Assembly (NCBI GenBank): GCA_028534125.1
Contig: CM052817.1
Coordinates: 83,516,001 to 83,580,000 of the forward strand
Origin: Lama glama
Lineage: Eukaryota
Length of the DNA stretch: 64,000 bases
Direction: 5' to 3'
This document shows, one piece after another, positions 11,560 to 24,930 of this stretch. The notes beneath the pieces were generated by a model. The model saw only the letters and a list, made by a program, of their open reading frames with translations. It had not been told where the DNA came from and searched no databases. Numbering within the stretch: the first letter of the stretch is position 1; every line of letters begins with the position of its first letter. Position numbers and translations under genes: made by a program.

Positions 11560-14500
11560 AAAGTCGAAAAATCTATTCTTACAGTTCTGTAATTTTTCCC
11601 TTATGTGACATAATTTTCTCTCACTTTTCCCTTTCTTGTTTCTCAGATGCTCAGATATTCTCCCACCTTCTGATGTACCCAGCCACTATTCATCAACTTA
11701 GACTGTCATTTCTCAAGAAAGCACTAAAACAAAAAGGGAGGGGAAAAATCACAAAATGAGTCATCCCCATTTTTACAGATGAAAACACTGAGCTGAAAAA
11801 TATCAAAGTCAGAATCCAAACCCCCAAAAGACAACTTCCTGCAGTTAAACAGCACTTTATACTTTTTAAAGGATTTCATATGCATTATTTCAATTTACTT
11901 AACTTTCATTAGATTCTTCCTTGATCTGAAAAAGTGGGTTTCTAAAGGCAGGGGTGGGATATGTTAAGATTCTTGTTTATGATACTTGGATTAAACTTTT
12001 TTCACATATAAATATAAAAATTAAGGGTAAAAATACTAAGAAAATGTTTGTTTTCTTGAATTTTATTAAGCCATGCAGTTTTATAAAGTTACTTGTTTAT
12101 AAAATTGTTGGTATGATTTTACATATTGTGGTCTTAAATCAAGCAAATAAATATTTAGCCATGTGTCCAGTCTAAAATAAACCTCTCCAGATGAAACTGA
12201 GGTTAAAAGAAATTGTTGCTTATTTCAGTCATCTCCATAATAAAACTTTGTGAGGATTTGTAATTAGTCAAAAATTATTTGAGCACATTTTGCTGTGGTA
12301 TGGAGGATGTGCCCAATTAAAAGAGGTGAATTTGTAAATGAGTATGTTAAATTGTATAGGGAGAAAGAGAATAGGTAAGTATAATAAAAAAGATTGAAGT
12401 GGAAATAAAAGTGGGGTAATTTCAGTGATATTTTATAATAAAATGGCAACTGGGTAATATTTAGTTTCATTTAACTCATTTATGTTACTGCTACATGATA
12501 ATTTATTTTTGTATTTTAAAATTCCTCATGCATTTAAAAGGTAAGTTTAAAGTTATGTCAGTTTTGTTTTTCTACACTAGAAATTCTAAAACCTTGATAT
12601 TTTGTATTATTTGTTGATACAATATTTAAAAGTATATGTTACATGTTAAGAGAAATTAAATCGCATTAAAAATTATTTAAAGATTTGTTTATATTATAGC
12701 CTCAGTGTATATTGGGTATTCTTGTGCCCTGCAGCCCACTCATCCATTTTTTGTTTATTTTTTATAGTATTAGTATTCAGTGATATGCCAACATATTTTA
12801 GGAAATGAAAACTTTCATATTTTATTTCTCAAGCATATGAACAAATTGCATTGGAAAGTCTAAAAACAAAGTACACAAATGTGTTTGAATAGAGCAATGA
12901 ATGCCCTCTAGTGTTTCTTGCTAGAATATCAGTTTTAATGATGGAAAATTGAATATGTAAATTATATTTTCATAACTATTTAAAAAGTAAGCTCATAAAC
13001 AGTAGACTCTGAATGTGTCTATTTTAAATGTTACCAAAAAATGGAGTAACAAGGCATTTGGTTAAATATTGTTTTCCTAAATAATAGATATTATTGTTAT
13101 GTATACACAAAGGTGATAGAAATCAGAGCTGTTAAGAGTTTTTCAAATATGGGGTAGCTGACACCCCTGAAACACACATCTGTCTTCTTAGTAGTACCTT
13201 TCTAGCAAACTCCAAACTAAAGCAGTTACAGGAAGCATTCTTCAAGCATCGATATACAAGTAATTTGTCCCTAAAACCACACTTGTTCCCTGTCTGTTGA
13301 TATGCATGTGCAGAGCTTCTCTCTCTGGAAGATGAACTATTATTTCCATGGGCATCTTCTGCCTCTGTTCAAGTCCCCCATTGGTAGTAGCCATGGTGAA
13401 AACAGAAAGCAGTAAAGGAACACAATTTAGCTGGATGTATCAAAACTGTGATTTTCCATTTGCTTCCCTTAACTTTATACAGTGGCAATCATACCGAGAA
13501 TAAAAAATGCCAGTGCCTCGGTGGTCAAGAACCAGTGCCTGGTCTATCTAATGCAGCACTTGCTTAGCGAGAAGCAAGGATATTTAAAAGCATGTTGGTG
13601 AGTATATGACTTAACATATTACTGTGTTATCATCTCAGGAACTATGGGAAATGATTATAATTATCCTAAACAGAAAAAAATGCATTGGAAAATATTTGAG
13701 TTGAATACATCAAGTAGTGGATATTTGTTATTTTTTTCCTTGCCCAGTATCCTTTCACTTTCTTTTAGGGCACCACCCTTCTCCTAGTGCATTGAACTGG
13801 TATTGCATGGAGGGTATTTTACCTACTCAAGACCGAGGGGTGAGCACACAGTGCAACCTTGGGCAGACTTTGAGGAATATGAATCTTGCGCAGAGTGAAG
13901 AAAGGTTGAAAAGTTGTTCCCTAGATCCCCAGAGCTGCCTGTTCCTGCACATCCCAAGGCATAGTATTCAACTTTTCCTTGGAATCTGTGTGGGATACTA
14001 GTTATTTTAGTGTTTTCTTTCTTTGCTTAAGGTAACCAGAAAAGGGTGCCGAACTGAACTACTTTATAACAGCAATGTTACACTTACCACATTTGCAGTT
14101 GCATAAAACATGAAGAACAAAGTTAAATTATGTTGTGTTTTAATTATAAATGAATAATTTGTGGACAATATTTCTATAATAGAATACCACTGTCAGCTTT
14201 AGAGTAGAATTTGCAGAGATAAGTTATATCATTAATGTACTTTCATAAAAACCTCCAAAAGAGCACAATTTTTAAAAGTACTAGAGCAAAAATATTTTTT
14301 ACTGCTCTCATTTACAGATAAATAAAAATGTTTTCTTACATGCTTTACTTTCATTGTCAAGTAGGTATAAATAGGTCTTCCTTCCACCAAGACCACCCAG
14401 AATTTTACTTCTCTATTCATTCAAATCTTTCATTCAGTTTAAATTTACACTCACTTTTGTTTCCGTTTTTAATCTTTCAAAGGGTAGTTAAATGATAAAA

Positions 14501-15626
14501 TCTTTTTCTTTATTATTAAATAATTTACATATGTTATGTGAAAGATACAAAGTAAGATAAGGCCAACTTTGTTTATGTAAAAGTTTTATTTAAGAAATGT
14601 CTTAGCATGAACTATGAAATCCATTGCTCCTGTAAAAGGTCAGAGCACCCATTTGCCTTCTTTAACAGGTAATTTCATTTGAAATACAATTAAACAATGA
14701 CAATATAACCTTAATATGCTATATACTTTAGTTAATAGTAAGTTTTTATGTGGATTATTTCATTTAATCCTAATGATTGTGTGAAAGAGTCAAAGATTTG
14801 TACTCACATCCTAACAGATAAGGAAGCTGAGGCTAAAAGAGGGTAAGTGGCTTACCCAAGGTCTTAAAGGTAACGAAGCCAACTCAAATGCAGATATTCT
14901 GTCTTCCAGGCTATGGTTCTTTCCACTATACCACACTATAAAGTAGTGTGAAGTTTTATTTTCCTGGAGTTGTATTACCTCTTAGTGTAAGTATCACTGA
15001 GATAGAAGTAAACCAAGAACATGGCTGTGGCACAAGACCCCTGGGCAGTTTCCAGGACTTGTAAGTTACTGCTGCTTACTACCTTGCTATCAGGAACTGC
15101 AAAGTGTCTTTTGCTCCACTGCATTGATTACTCTCTAGAATAGTCCAATAATGTACGTCCCATTTCAATGATAAAGCCAAACAAATCTGAATCTACATTT
15201 GAATCATCACCAATACTTAATATTGAAATGTAATACTAAAGTAAATTTATTGTGTGTGTACAAAGATGACACTAAAGCCCCTCCTTCCATACATTAAAAA
15301 AAATCTATGGAGATATTTTTCTAGAAGAGGCATTGGATTTGCCTTGATTCATCATCATCTTGCCCAAATGCCCCTTTGACTGGTACAAACATAAGATGGT
15401 TAACTAACTTAGGAGTCCAACCTCTGGCCATGAAGCATCAAAGAGCCAAGTGGCCTCACAGGACACATGACCTTTTTCACACATGCACTATTTAGCCAAG
15501 CCAGGAGAGACCCAGGCGTGAGTTTAGGATGTCAAAATCTAATTTAATAAGTAAGAACCAGATATTAGAAAAGAAGACTGATGTCTCCTCTTTTGCATTT
15601 TCCATGAAACTTCCTGAACGTATACT

Positions 15627-16050
15627 GTGTTAGTCTGGAATCTCTAAGAAGTAGAATCTCTACCAAGACAGAATTAAAAATGCAAAGATTCTATTAGAAA
15701 GAAATGCCTGTGTAAAAAGAAATAGGGAGATGTTGGGAAAGATTGGGGCAGCCGACAGACTGATCCAAGTCTAATCTGCAAGAATGAGAGGTTGAGAGAC
15801 AAAATGAATGAAACCATCTAAGACTGTTATGTGATCTACGGAAGGATTGGCAGAACCGTGGTGAAGGCTTGGAGTCAAACTGGACCAACAAAGGAGTCCC
15901 ACTGTCTCCCAGGACTGGGTCGTACTCAGTACATCAGTCACTGGTGGGAGCTGCCAATGGAAGGAGTGGCCTGGGGACAAACGAAGGGGTGGACAAATTT
16001 CAAAGCACAGTAGCTGTGGCCTCCAGTCTCTGTGGAGCATTCTTACTGCT
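15627..16050 (-). mobile_element. ERVL LTR (LTR16-like)
   Basis: TGTGTTAGTCTGGAATCTCTAAGAAG...CCAAGACAGAATTAAAAATGCAAAGATTCTATT...AAATGCCTGTG pattern. Confidence 0.6.
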
Positions 16051-16649
16051 CCACAGCATAGTATGAAGGAAAGGTGTAGGAGAGAAACTTTTCTAAAACC
16101 CTTTAAAACATTAAAGAGGTTTGTTTTATCAGAAATGCATTAGTTATTTCATTGAAGAACCAATTCCACGTAATTTGGGCACAGTATCAATAGCATTACT
16201 ATAAACACAAGAGAATACTGAGAAAAGCATTCTGAATTACACTTTTTAGAAAATGAATAATTCTAAGTCATCAAATAAAAATTATTCAGTAGTTTTGTTC
16301 AACACCAGGTGGAGCTCTTTTGCTTTTTAAAACAGGGAAAGAGAATTTTTTTTTCTTAATTTAACACAGGTTTAGGCTGATTATTTCATAACTCTTTTAA
16401 GTCATTTTTTGAAATCATTTGAGTGCTTTCACACCATATTTGTCACCATTGTAAACCTGATATTTTTTTCAAATACAACAAACTAGATCAAACTGCAATG
16501 TTAACAAAATAAAAACACCAAGACTAAAAATATTGTTACATCTCTAAAATAAAGTGGTAAATAGTACCACTGTACATGTCTACATTCTTCCAAAGGAAAA
16601 AGCTAAGACCCTAATTTAAATCTCATAGACATTTTTTCCTTCTTTAAAA

Positions 16650-17907
16650 AAATTTTTTTAATTGAAGTACAGTCAGTTACAATGTGTCAATTTCTGGTGC
16701 AAAGCACAATGTCCTAGTCATGCATATACATACATGTATCTGTTTTCAAATACTTTTTCATTAAAGGCTATTTCAAGATATTGAACATAGTTCCCTGTGC
16801 TTGTTTTTTTTTAATCAATTTTTATATATAGTGGCTAACATTTGCAAATATCAAACTTCCAAATTTATCCCTTCCCACTCCCTTTCCCTGGTAACCATAA
16901 GGCTGTTATGTCTGCAAGTCTTGTTTCTGTTTTGTAGATGAGTTCATAGTATCCTTTTTTTCTTTTTTCTTTTTTTTTTTTAGATTCCACATATGAGTGA
17001 TATCATATGGTACTTTTCTTTCTCTTTCTGGCTTACTTCACTTAGAATGACAATCTCTAGGTCCAACCATGTTGCTGTAAATGGCATTATTTTATTCTTT
17101 TTTATGGCTGAGTAGTATTCCATTGTGTACATATACCACAGCTTCTTTATCCAGTCATCTGTTGATGGACATTTAGGTTGCTTCCATATCTTGGCTATTG
17201 TATATAGCGCTGCTATGAACTTTGGGGTGCATGTATCTTTTTGAATTAGAGTTCACTCTGGACATATGCCCAGGAGTGAGATTGCTGGATGGTAAATCTA
17301 TTTTTAGTTTTTTGAGGAATCTGTATACTATTTTCCGTAATGACTGCACCAAACTACATTTCCACCAGCAGTGTAGGAGGGTCCCATTTTCTCCACACCC
17401 TCTCTAGCAGTTATTGTTTGTGGACTTTTAAATGATGGCCATTCTGACTAGTGTAAGGTGATATCTCATTGTAGTTTTGATTTGCATTTCTCTGGTAAGT
17501 AGTGATATTGAGCATTTTTTCATGTGCTTATTAGCCATTTGTATGTCTTCATTGGAGAATTGCTTGTTTAAGTCTTCTGCCCATTTTTGGATTGGGTTGT
17601 TTGTTATTTTGTTATTAAGTTGTATGAGCTGTTTATATATTCTGGAAATTAAAGCTTTGTCAGTCGCATCATTTGCAAATATTTTCTCCTATTCCGTAGG
17701 TTGTCGTTTTGTTTTGCTTATAGTTTCCTTTGCTGTGCAAAAGCTTATAAGTTTAATTAGGTCCCATTTGTTTATTTTTATCTCTTATTTCTATTGCCTG
17801 GGTAGACTGTTTTAGAACATTGCTAAGATTTATGTCAGAGAATGTTTTGCCTATGTTTTCCTCTAGGAGATTTCTTGTGTCTTGTCTTATATTTAAATCT
17901 TTAAACC
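16650..17907 (-). mobile_element. 5'-truncated LINE-1 (3' UTR plus end of ORF2), relatively young
   Basis: T-rich tail, then TTGAAGTACAGTCAGTTACAATG and the typical antisense L1 motifs TTTTATGGCTGAGTAGTATTCCATTGT, GTTTTGATTTGCATTTCTCT and TTTGCTGTGCAAAAGCTT. Confidence 0.93.
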
Positions 17908-19949
17908 AGAGTCAGTTATTAAACAAATCAACAACTACACAAAATGCTCTCCCAAGTCTCTAATTTGCTCTATAATCATTCTCTTTTAATCCAAAATACC
18001 TTCTCTATAGGAAAGATATTGTTTTGAAACAGGTCTTGGTTATCAAGATAAAGTATAATGCTTTTAACAACTTTTTTATGCCAATTTTCAAAAGAAGCTA
18101 AAGGATTAAATTAACAATATTTATAATGTAGACATACTTTTTCACAAGTAAATTGTGGCAGTAGGAGGCATTATATATTCTGTGCCTCTGCTTCAGAGTT
18201 CTTTCATTCTCATTGCAAAGAAACAGATACAGATACAAATAAATGAATTGTTGTAATCAAAAAACACTCTTAAAAAATAGGGTTGACATACCATTAGAGG
18301 AATATATTTAATGAAATGGTTTGTATACCTTTCTGTTCTTTCATTCATTCAAGAAATACTTACAGAGAGCTCTGTTTTTTGCTGAAGAGATAGGAATAGT
18401 TAAGGAAAACACTGCTTACCACTCCTGGAGCTTGAGAATTCAGAAAGCATACAATGAAACAGAAGATTGTAATTTAGGAAATACAGAGGACCGTGGGAGC
18501 ACACAGCAAGGAAACCTAATGGCTCACCTAATCTAGGAGATAGAGATGATCCTCCCAAAGAATTAATTTGTAAGCTGAGTCTCTGCAATAGGAGACAATG
18601 AGGCATAAAACAGAAATTATGGTGTTTAAGGTGAAGAAACAGTTTTTAAAAAGAACTGCGTTGAGATAGAGTAGGTCAAATTCTAGAAAGTAAAAATATT
18701 TCAACATAGCTAAAACACAGGGTTCTAGACGAAGGGAGAAAACTGAGATCAGGAGAGATTTTTAACAACCAGAAAGTAGATCTTTAGACTGAATTAAGAA
18801 ATTTGAGTGTTATCGAAGAACAACGCGAAGTAGAAATCAACGTTCTGAGTTAAAAATTTAAAGGATGTGATAACCAGTCTAAGAAATGTTTGGCGTTTAA
18901 AGCAGAAATATGTTGGATGAGTCATTAATATCCCCACCAAAATAAACCACTTAGACATGATAATTTCAGCTTTTCTCATCCATTAGAATAACAATAACAC
19001 AGGCTCAATTCATATAATTACCGTTGACTTCAATGACTTTGAAAAGTTATACTGCCTTTTAGATTCTCTCTTTTTCTTCTTGGTATAATTATGTTTATAC
19101 CCAAGACACCCTAATTAAATTTGCTGTTAAAGTGACATTTCAATGTTACAGTTTCAGAAAAAGACAGTCATCAATTTACTCAATATATTTCTGGGCAGGA
19201 AATTTCAAATAGGGCAAATTTGAATTGAGCTCCAAGATTAGATGATTCAAGATGCTTGGCTGAGCAGACCTATCTATGCCAAGAGATCTACGCTCAGCTG
19301 TTTATGGTGCGCATGGGCTATCTCCATGTATTTCAGAGCACTGTGATGTTTACCTTTTATTTTGCCCTAAACATATATTTATGTGCTAGAACCTTCTTCT
19401 TAAGTGCAAAATAATCATGAGCCTCCTTAACGTTAAAAACGGAAAAAGATCATAGGGAAAGAGGAATGAACCTTGCAAAGAGTGACCCCTTTGCACCTCC
19501 TCCACCACCCACTACCAAATCATCTCTTTCTCCTTTGAATATAAGAAACCCTCATTATGTTACATTTCACGTACAATCTAAATTTACTTACTTTCAGATT
19601 GTTGTTTATTATCATTTATATCATTCAATAGATCTATCTTTTTCTATCTGTGAAAAGTGTTTGGTTATCTTGGGTTGAAACAGAACACATTGTCATGTAC
19701 CCAGTAAAATTCACAGAAATATTTTTGAATTTATGGCATGTTTTTAATTTGATAGTATGGTTTTCAGTAATAAAGTAATGTCACCAATCAAGGAATAGGT
19801 GTTCGTCAAATGACAGAGTTGAAACCAAACATTTGAGACATGTCAACAAATACAAATAGGCCTCCACAAAATAAGAAATTGTAACAGGGAAATAACCATT
19901 AAAACAGGATTTTTTTAAGTCATAAGAGATTACTTTGTAAATAAAGAAC

Positions 19950-22620
19950 TGCATAATTTCCCAGGAAAATGCAATTTACCAAATTGATCCCAGTAAAGAT
20001 AGTAAGCTTAAAACAATGTATAGAAAAAAACAGTAAAAGTTGTTAAGGAACTACTCCACATGACAGCACCAAGTGCAGATGGTTTCACAGGCAAATTTTA
20101 CCATATATATTGTTCTAGTGCACAAGAAAAAGAAGCAAATATCCCAAATTCTTTTTACAAAGCAAGTATAACATTGATATCTACACACGATAAACATGGG
20201 GGAAAAAAACTACAGACCAATCTTACTTATGAATTTTAATGCAAAAATCCTAAATAAAATATGAGCACAGAATCCAGAATCACAGTAAGAAAATAATACA
20301 CTGTGGTAAAATTAGATTTCCTCTAGTATTGTAAGAATAATTCAATATTAGGAAATGCATTATTGTAATTTACTATAGTAATGTAACTAAGGACAAAACT
20401 TGTAATTATCTCTATTAATGCTGAAAAAATCTTTGACAAAAATTTACACCCATTCCTGATATGGGCTATTATAGGCTGAGTTGTGTCCCCTCAAAATTCA
20501 TATGTTGAAGCCCTAACCCTCAGGAGTGTATTTGGAAGTGGGGCTTTTAAAGAGATAATTAAATTAAAATGGATCATTAGGGTGGGCCCTAATCTACTAT
20601 ATCTTTATAAAAGGAGAATATTCTTTCATTTTGTTTATTTATTTATTTGTTTGGTTGGTTGGTTTTTTTAACCATTTTTTAAATTTAAGTATAGTCAGTT
20701 TACAGTGTTGTGTCAATTTCTGGTGTGCAGCATAATGTTTCAGTCATACATAACACACACACACACATATATATACTCCTCTTCATATTCTTTTCCATTA
20801 TAGGTTACTATAAGATATTGACTATAGTTGCCTGTGCTCTACAGTATAAACTTGTTGTTTATCTGTTTTATATATAGTAGTTGGTATCTGTAAAGAGAGG
20901 AGAGTGTTCTTATATGAAAGAGGAGATGAGGACACAGACACATAGAAAGGATAACGACCTTGTGAGGACACAGGGAGAAGGCGGCCTTCTACAAGCCAAG
21001 GAGGAAGGCCTCAAAAGATGCCACACCTGCCAATATCTTGCTCTCAGACTTCTAGTGTGAGAAAATTAATTTCTGTTGTTTAAGCCATCCAGTCTGTGGT
21101 ATTTTGTTATGAGAGCCCTAACAAACTAATATACCCCACCCCACCCCCCACAGATAAATATAGTATGGTTTTGCACAACTCAGTCTTAAAACCAGCACCT
21201 ATTGAGCAAAGCAACATTTAAAGGCATTCCCACACAGACTAGCAACAGAACAAGGATGCCCACAATCTCCACTACCATTTAACATTGTATTGCAATAAAA
21301 ATTAGACAATAGAAAACAAGCAGACATACTACTCAGAAAAAAAAAGAAGAAAGACAATTTATATATGCAGATAATATGATAGTATACCTACTAGTTCAGG
21401 AGAATCACTAATAAAGCTAATCTAAACAAGAAAGGTATTCAATAATATAGCAGGATATAAAGTTAACATAGAAAAGTCAATAGCCTTTATATAATCAAAC
21501 AGTAGCCAATTAAAATAGCATCCTTCCTTTGTTCCAGGTCTTGTGGGAATCACTCTGGTATTTCTCTTTAAGTAAGATGGTGGCTTTAAGACTGAAATGT
21601 GTAAAATCATATCTATTTATTTTAGAGGTAGGAAGACCAGGAATGAGGGTAAATTTTTGCTGAAGCCTTTTCAAGCCTTAATGCAATGGGAAACTCCAAT
21701 TATAAAAGCAATTAAAAAATATATATATATATAAAATATCTAGGAATAAACTTATATAAGGAGAACTTTTAAACACTCCTAAAGAACATAAAAAATAGAC
21801 CTGAACTAATAGAAAGACCTATCCTTCTACTGGATAAGATAAATAAGATGATTCAACATAATAAACATACTGGTTCTCCCCAAGTCAATATATAAATGTA
21901 GTGTGAGCCCAATAAAAATACCCAAAGTTTTCTTTCACTTTTTAGCACTAGGATATTTGATACTAAAGCTCATATGGAAAATAAACATGCAAGAATAGCT
22001 AGGAAACCCTGAAAACTAAGGAAAGAATGGCCCTACCAGAAATTGAAATATGGTAGAAACTCTAGAATGAAAAGAAAATGGTGCTAGTGACAGCAAGACC
22101 AGTGGAACAGAACAGAAATTCCAGAAATAGACCCAAGTACACATGGTAATTACTATGTTACTCTAACAAAGGTGGCATTTCAAAACACTAGATGAGAAAC
22201 ACTAGACACGTCAAACACTAGATGGAAAGGATAAGATTTTTAATAAATGGTGTCCTGGATAATCATTTTTGGAAGAAGATAAAATTAGATCCACACTCCT
22301 CACCATACACCAGAGTAAAAGTCCAAATGGATGAAGGACCAATCAAATGTACAAAGATAGAAACCATACAAGTATTAGGAAAATATAGGTAAATTCCTTT
22401 ATAATCTAAGCATGGGGAAAGCTTTCTCAAAATGACTTGAAATCCAGTTGCAAGGAATGAAATTGTTAAAAAAAATTGCATAAAGAGAAAAATCTTTTGT
22501 ATGAATAAAAAACACCATTAGCACAAAGGATAAATGATAAACTAGAAAATATTTGAACAGATATCACATGGAAAGGGCTATTCTAACATGTAAAAAAGTC
22601 ATAAAAACTAAGGGGAAAAA
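19950..22620 (+). mobile_element. Old, degraded L1M ORF2 region interrupted by an LTR
   Basis: Degenerate ORF2 motifs (GATGGTTTCACAGGCAAATTTTACCA, CTACAGACCAATCTTACTTATGAA, TGCAGATAATATGATAGTATACCTA, CAGTGGAACAGAACAGAAATTCCAGAAATAGACCCA); no intact frame. Confidence 0.85.
20467..21133 (+). mobile_element. MaLR LTR (MLT1A/B-like), itself split by a young L1 3' end at about 20626-20897 (minus strand)
   Basis: TTGTGTCCCCTCAAAATTCATATGTTGAAGCCCTAACCC start and TTTAAGCCATCCAGTCTGTGGTATTTTGTTAT...AAACTAAT end. The insert is flanked by AGGAGAATATTCTT / AGGAGAGTGTTCTT. Confidence 0.85.
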
Positions 22621-23403
22621 AGTCCCCATCATGGGGACCATGGCCATAATGGAGTAGCAAAGACTAATCTCTTATCTTACACAACTGAAAAACCACACAA
22701 AACACATAAAAGAATGGTTTCCAGACACTGGATCACAGGCAGCATGGCATGATCTCTGAGAGAAGCAAAACAAGTGAATTCATGCCTTTGATGGCCTCAG
22801 CTTACTGCCCGGAGAGAGTTTCCAGGCCACAGCAAAGGGAGGAAGAACACAAATAAAGCCAGGCTGTCTCCATTGGGTTGAGGAGACCAAGTTAGAGTTT
22901 GGGGAGGCTATGGTGAGGCAGAGTACCAGAGAGGAGAAAGATGCTTGGAGAGGAAAGGGCTGTGAGCTAGAGAACTCCAGAGATTCCTCTTGAGTCTTCA
23001 ACTAAGCAGTGGTAACAACATTCATGTGAAGAAGCCTTCTGAGGCCAGAGAAAGAACCACTGGAAAGGAGTAGATGGAGCAAACCTCGGAGTTTACACAG
23101 CACTGGGAATAGTTTATTTCCTTCCAGCCAAAGTGGAGAAACGTCAAAATAAATGGAAAATCTGGTAGAATACGAATCTGTAATGACGGAAAGGAGATCG
23201 GTGCTTGCCTAGGGGTGGGAGTGAGGGAGGAAAAAGAGATGGATTACAGAAGATGCAAGGAAGCCTTGAGGGTAGCAGTATGTCATTATATATGTTAAAG
23301 CCCAAAGACTGTGTATTTTAAATGTGCACAGTTTATCATATGTTGATTATACCTCAATATAAAACTGTAAGGGAAAAAACTTTTTTCAAAAATTAAGAGG
23401 GAG

Positions 23404-23521
23404 AGGGGAGGGCATAGTTCAGTGCCTAGCATGTACGAGGTTCTGGGTTCAATCCCCAGTAGCTTCATTAAAAGAAGTAAATAAATAAAACTAATTACCT
23501 CCCCCAAAATAAAATTTTAAA
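23404..23521 (+). mobile_element. tRNA-derived SINE (camelid-type) with TSD
   Basis: GGGGAGGGCATAGTTCAGTG...GGTTCTGGGTTCAATCCCCAGT (A and B boxes), A-rich tail, and TSD AAAAATTAAKAGGGAG at 23388-23403 and 23522-23537. Confidence 0.85.
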
Positions 23522-24455
23522 AAAAATTAATAGGGAGTTAAAAGAGACTAAAACCTTAATAGAAAAAATGGGAAGACAGGAGCAGACAGTTTTAAAAAAA
23601 GATAAATAGTCTTTAAACACATGAAAAGATGAATAATTTCGTTTATAATAAGAGAAATGCAAAATATTGATGCCACATTTTACCTCTTATATTGACAAAA
23701 ACTCAGGAGCTTTTCATTACACACTTGAAGCTACAGAGAAACAAGCATTCTCAAACATTCCTGGCAGTTGGTAGTACAAACTGGTATAATCCACTCAGTG
23801 GAGACTGGCAATATCTGTACATGCATTTACTCTTTGTTCCACCATTCTCACTTCCAGGAATTTACCCTGAAGATATACCTAGAAACAAAAGTTTATACAA
23901 TGTGACGTTACTAGTAGTAGCAAAATATGAAGAACAGTCTAAATGACCATCCATAGAAGCCTTGTTAAATAAATTATTGAACATCCACACAACTGAGTAT
24001 TATGTAGCTCCAAAGTTCAATTTTAATAAAACAAATGAACCTAACTGTATACAGAACTGATTCTATAATCACAGAAAAAGAGAATTAATTAAAGTATCTT
24101 TAAAGTACTGTAATCTGACATACTCTAAGGGAAAAACAACTGCAAACAAATATTGAACTTCAATTACAAGACTTGGCTTTGATAGTGAACTTAGCATAAT
24201 AATTCTATATTTAGTTAAAATTTATATGAATTATAGGCGCAAGCAAAAGAATGAATATATTGCTATTTCGGAAGAAGAGAGATGTAACATGGAGAAGGGG
24301 AAGAAGAGGAAGAACTCTGGGGCATTGTTTTGGAATAGGAGATATTAGTATTTTTTTTAAGAAATATTTTTTAAGAAATATATTTTCTTGTTCTCTCTAT
24401 TGGAAGGGCATAGAAGCAATGACACACTAGTATCGGTGAACACACCTACTTCCCA

Positions 24456-24930
24456 GTGTCAAAAACTGTACAGGGTCTGAGATTTTATCTGGCTTGCAGT
24501 CTAACAACCTGGCCTGCCAGTTTCATGAATGCTAGCAGAACACAAGGAACTCCCGAATCAGCAACAAAGAAGTTTATTACTCACAGAAATATCAGTGACC
24601 AGAGTGTCATTGTTCATGCCAGCTCCTCAACCCAGTAATCAAGGGCAACATTAAAAGGGCCAGGTGATGTCTGGATGTGCCATGGGTTCTGTTACAGAAG
24701 GACCCTGAACTTAGGGAGTCTAAATCTTGCAGAGTGGGAAAGCTGACATTTGCCCAGAGGGAGACATTATTACACCAGATGGTAAACAAACCTGTCCTTG
24801 GGTCCAGAGGGAGACATTATCTCTATCTTCTAAAGCTGTTCACTATACAAACATCCTTGAAAAGACAGTCCAGAACAAAGGGCAGTTACTGGGTCACTCA
24901 CAATGTACAGAAGCATGAGAGAATCAGCAC
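24456..24930 (-). mobile_element. ERV1-class LTR (MER39/MER34-like) inserted in an old L1
   Basis: GAGGGAGACATTATCTCTATCTTC...ATACAAACATCCTTGAAAAGACAGTCCAGAACAAAG; similar to the copy at about 60.6-60.86 kb. Confidence 0.65.
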
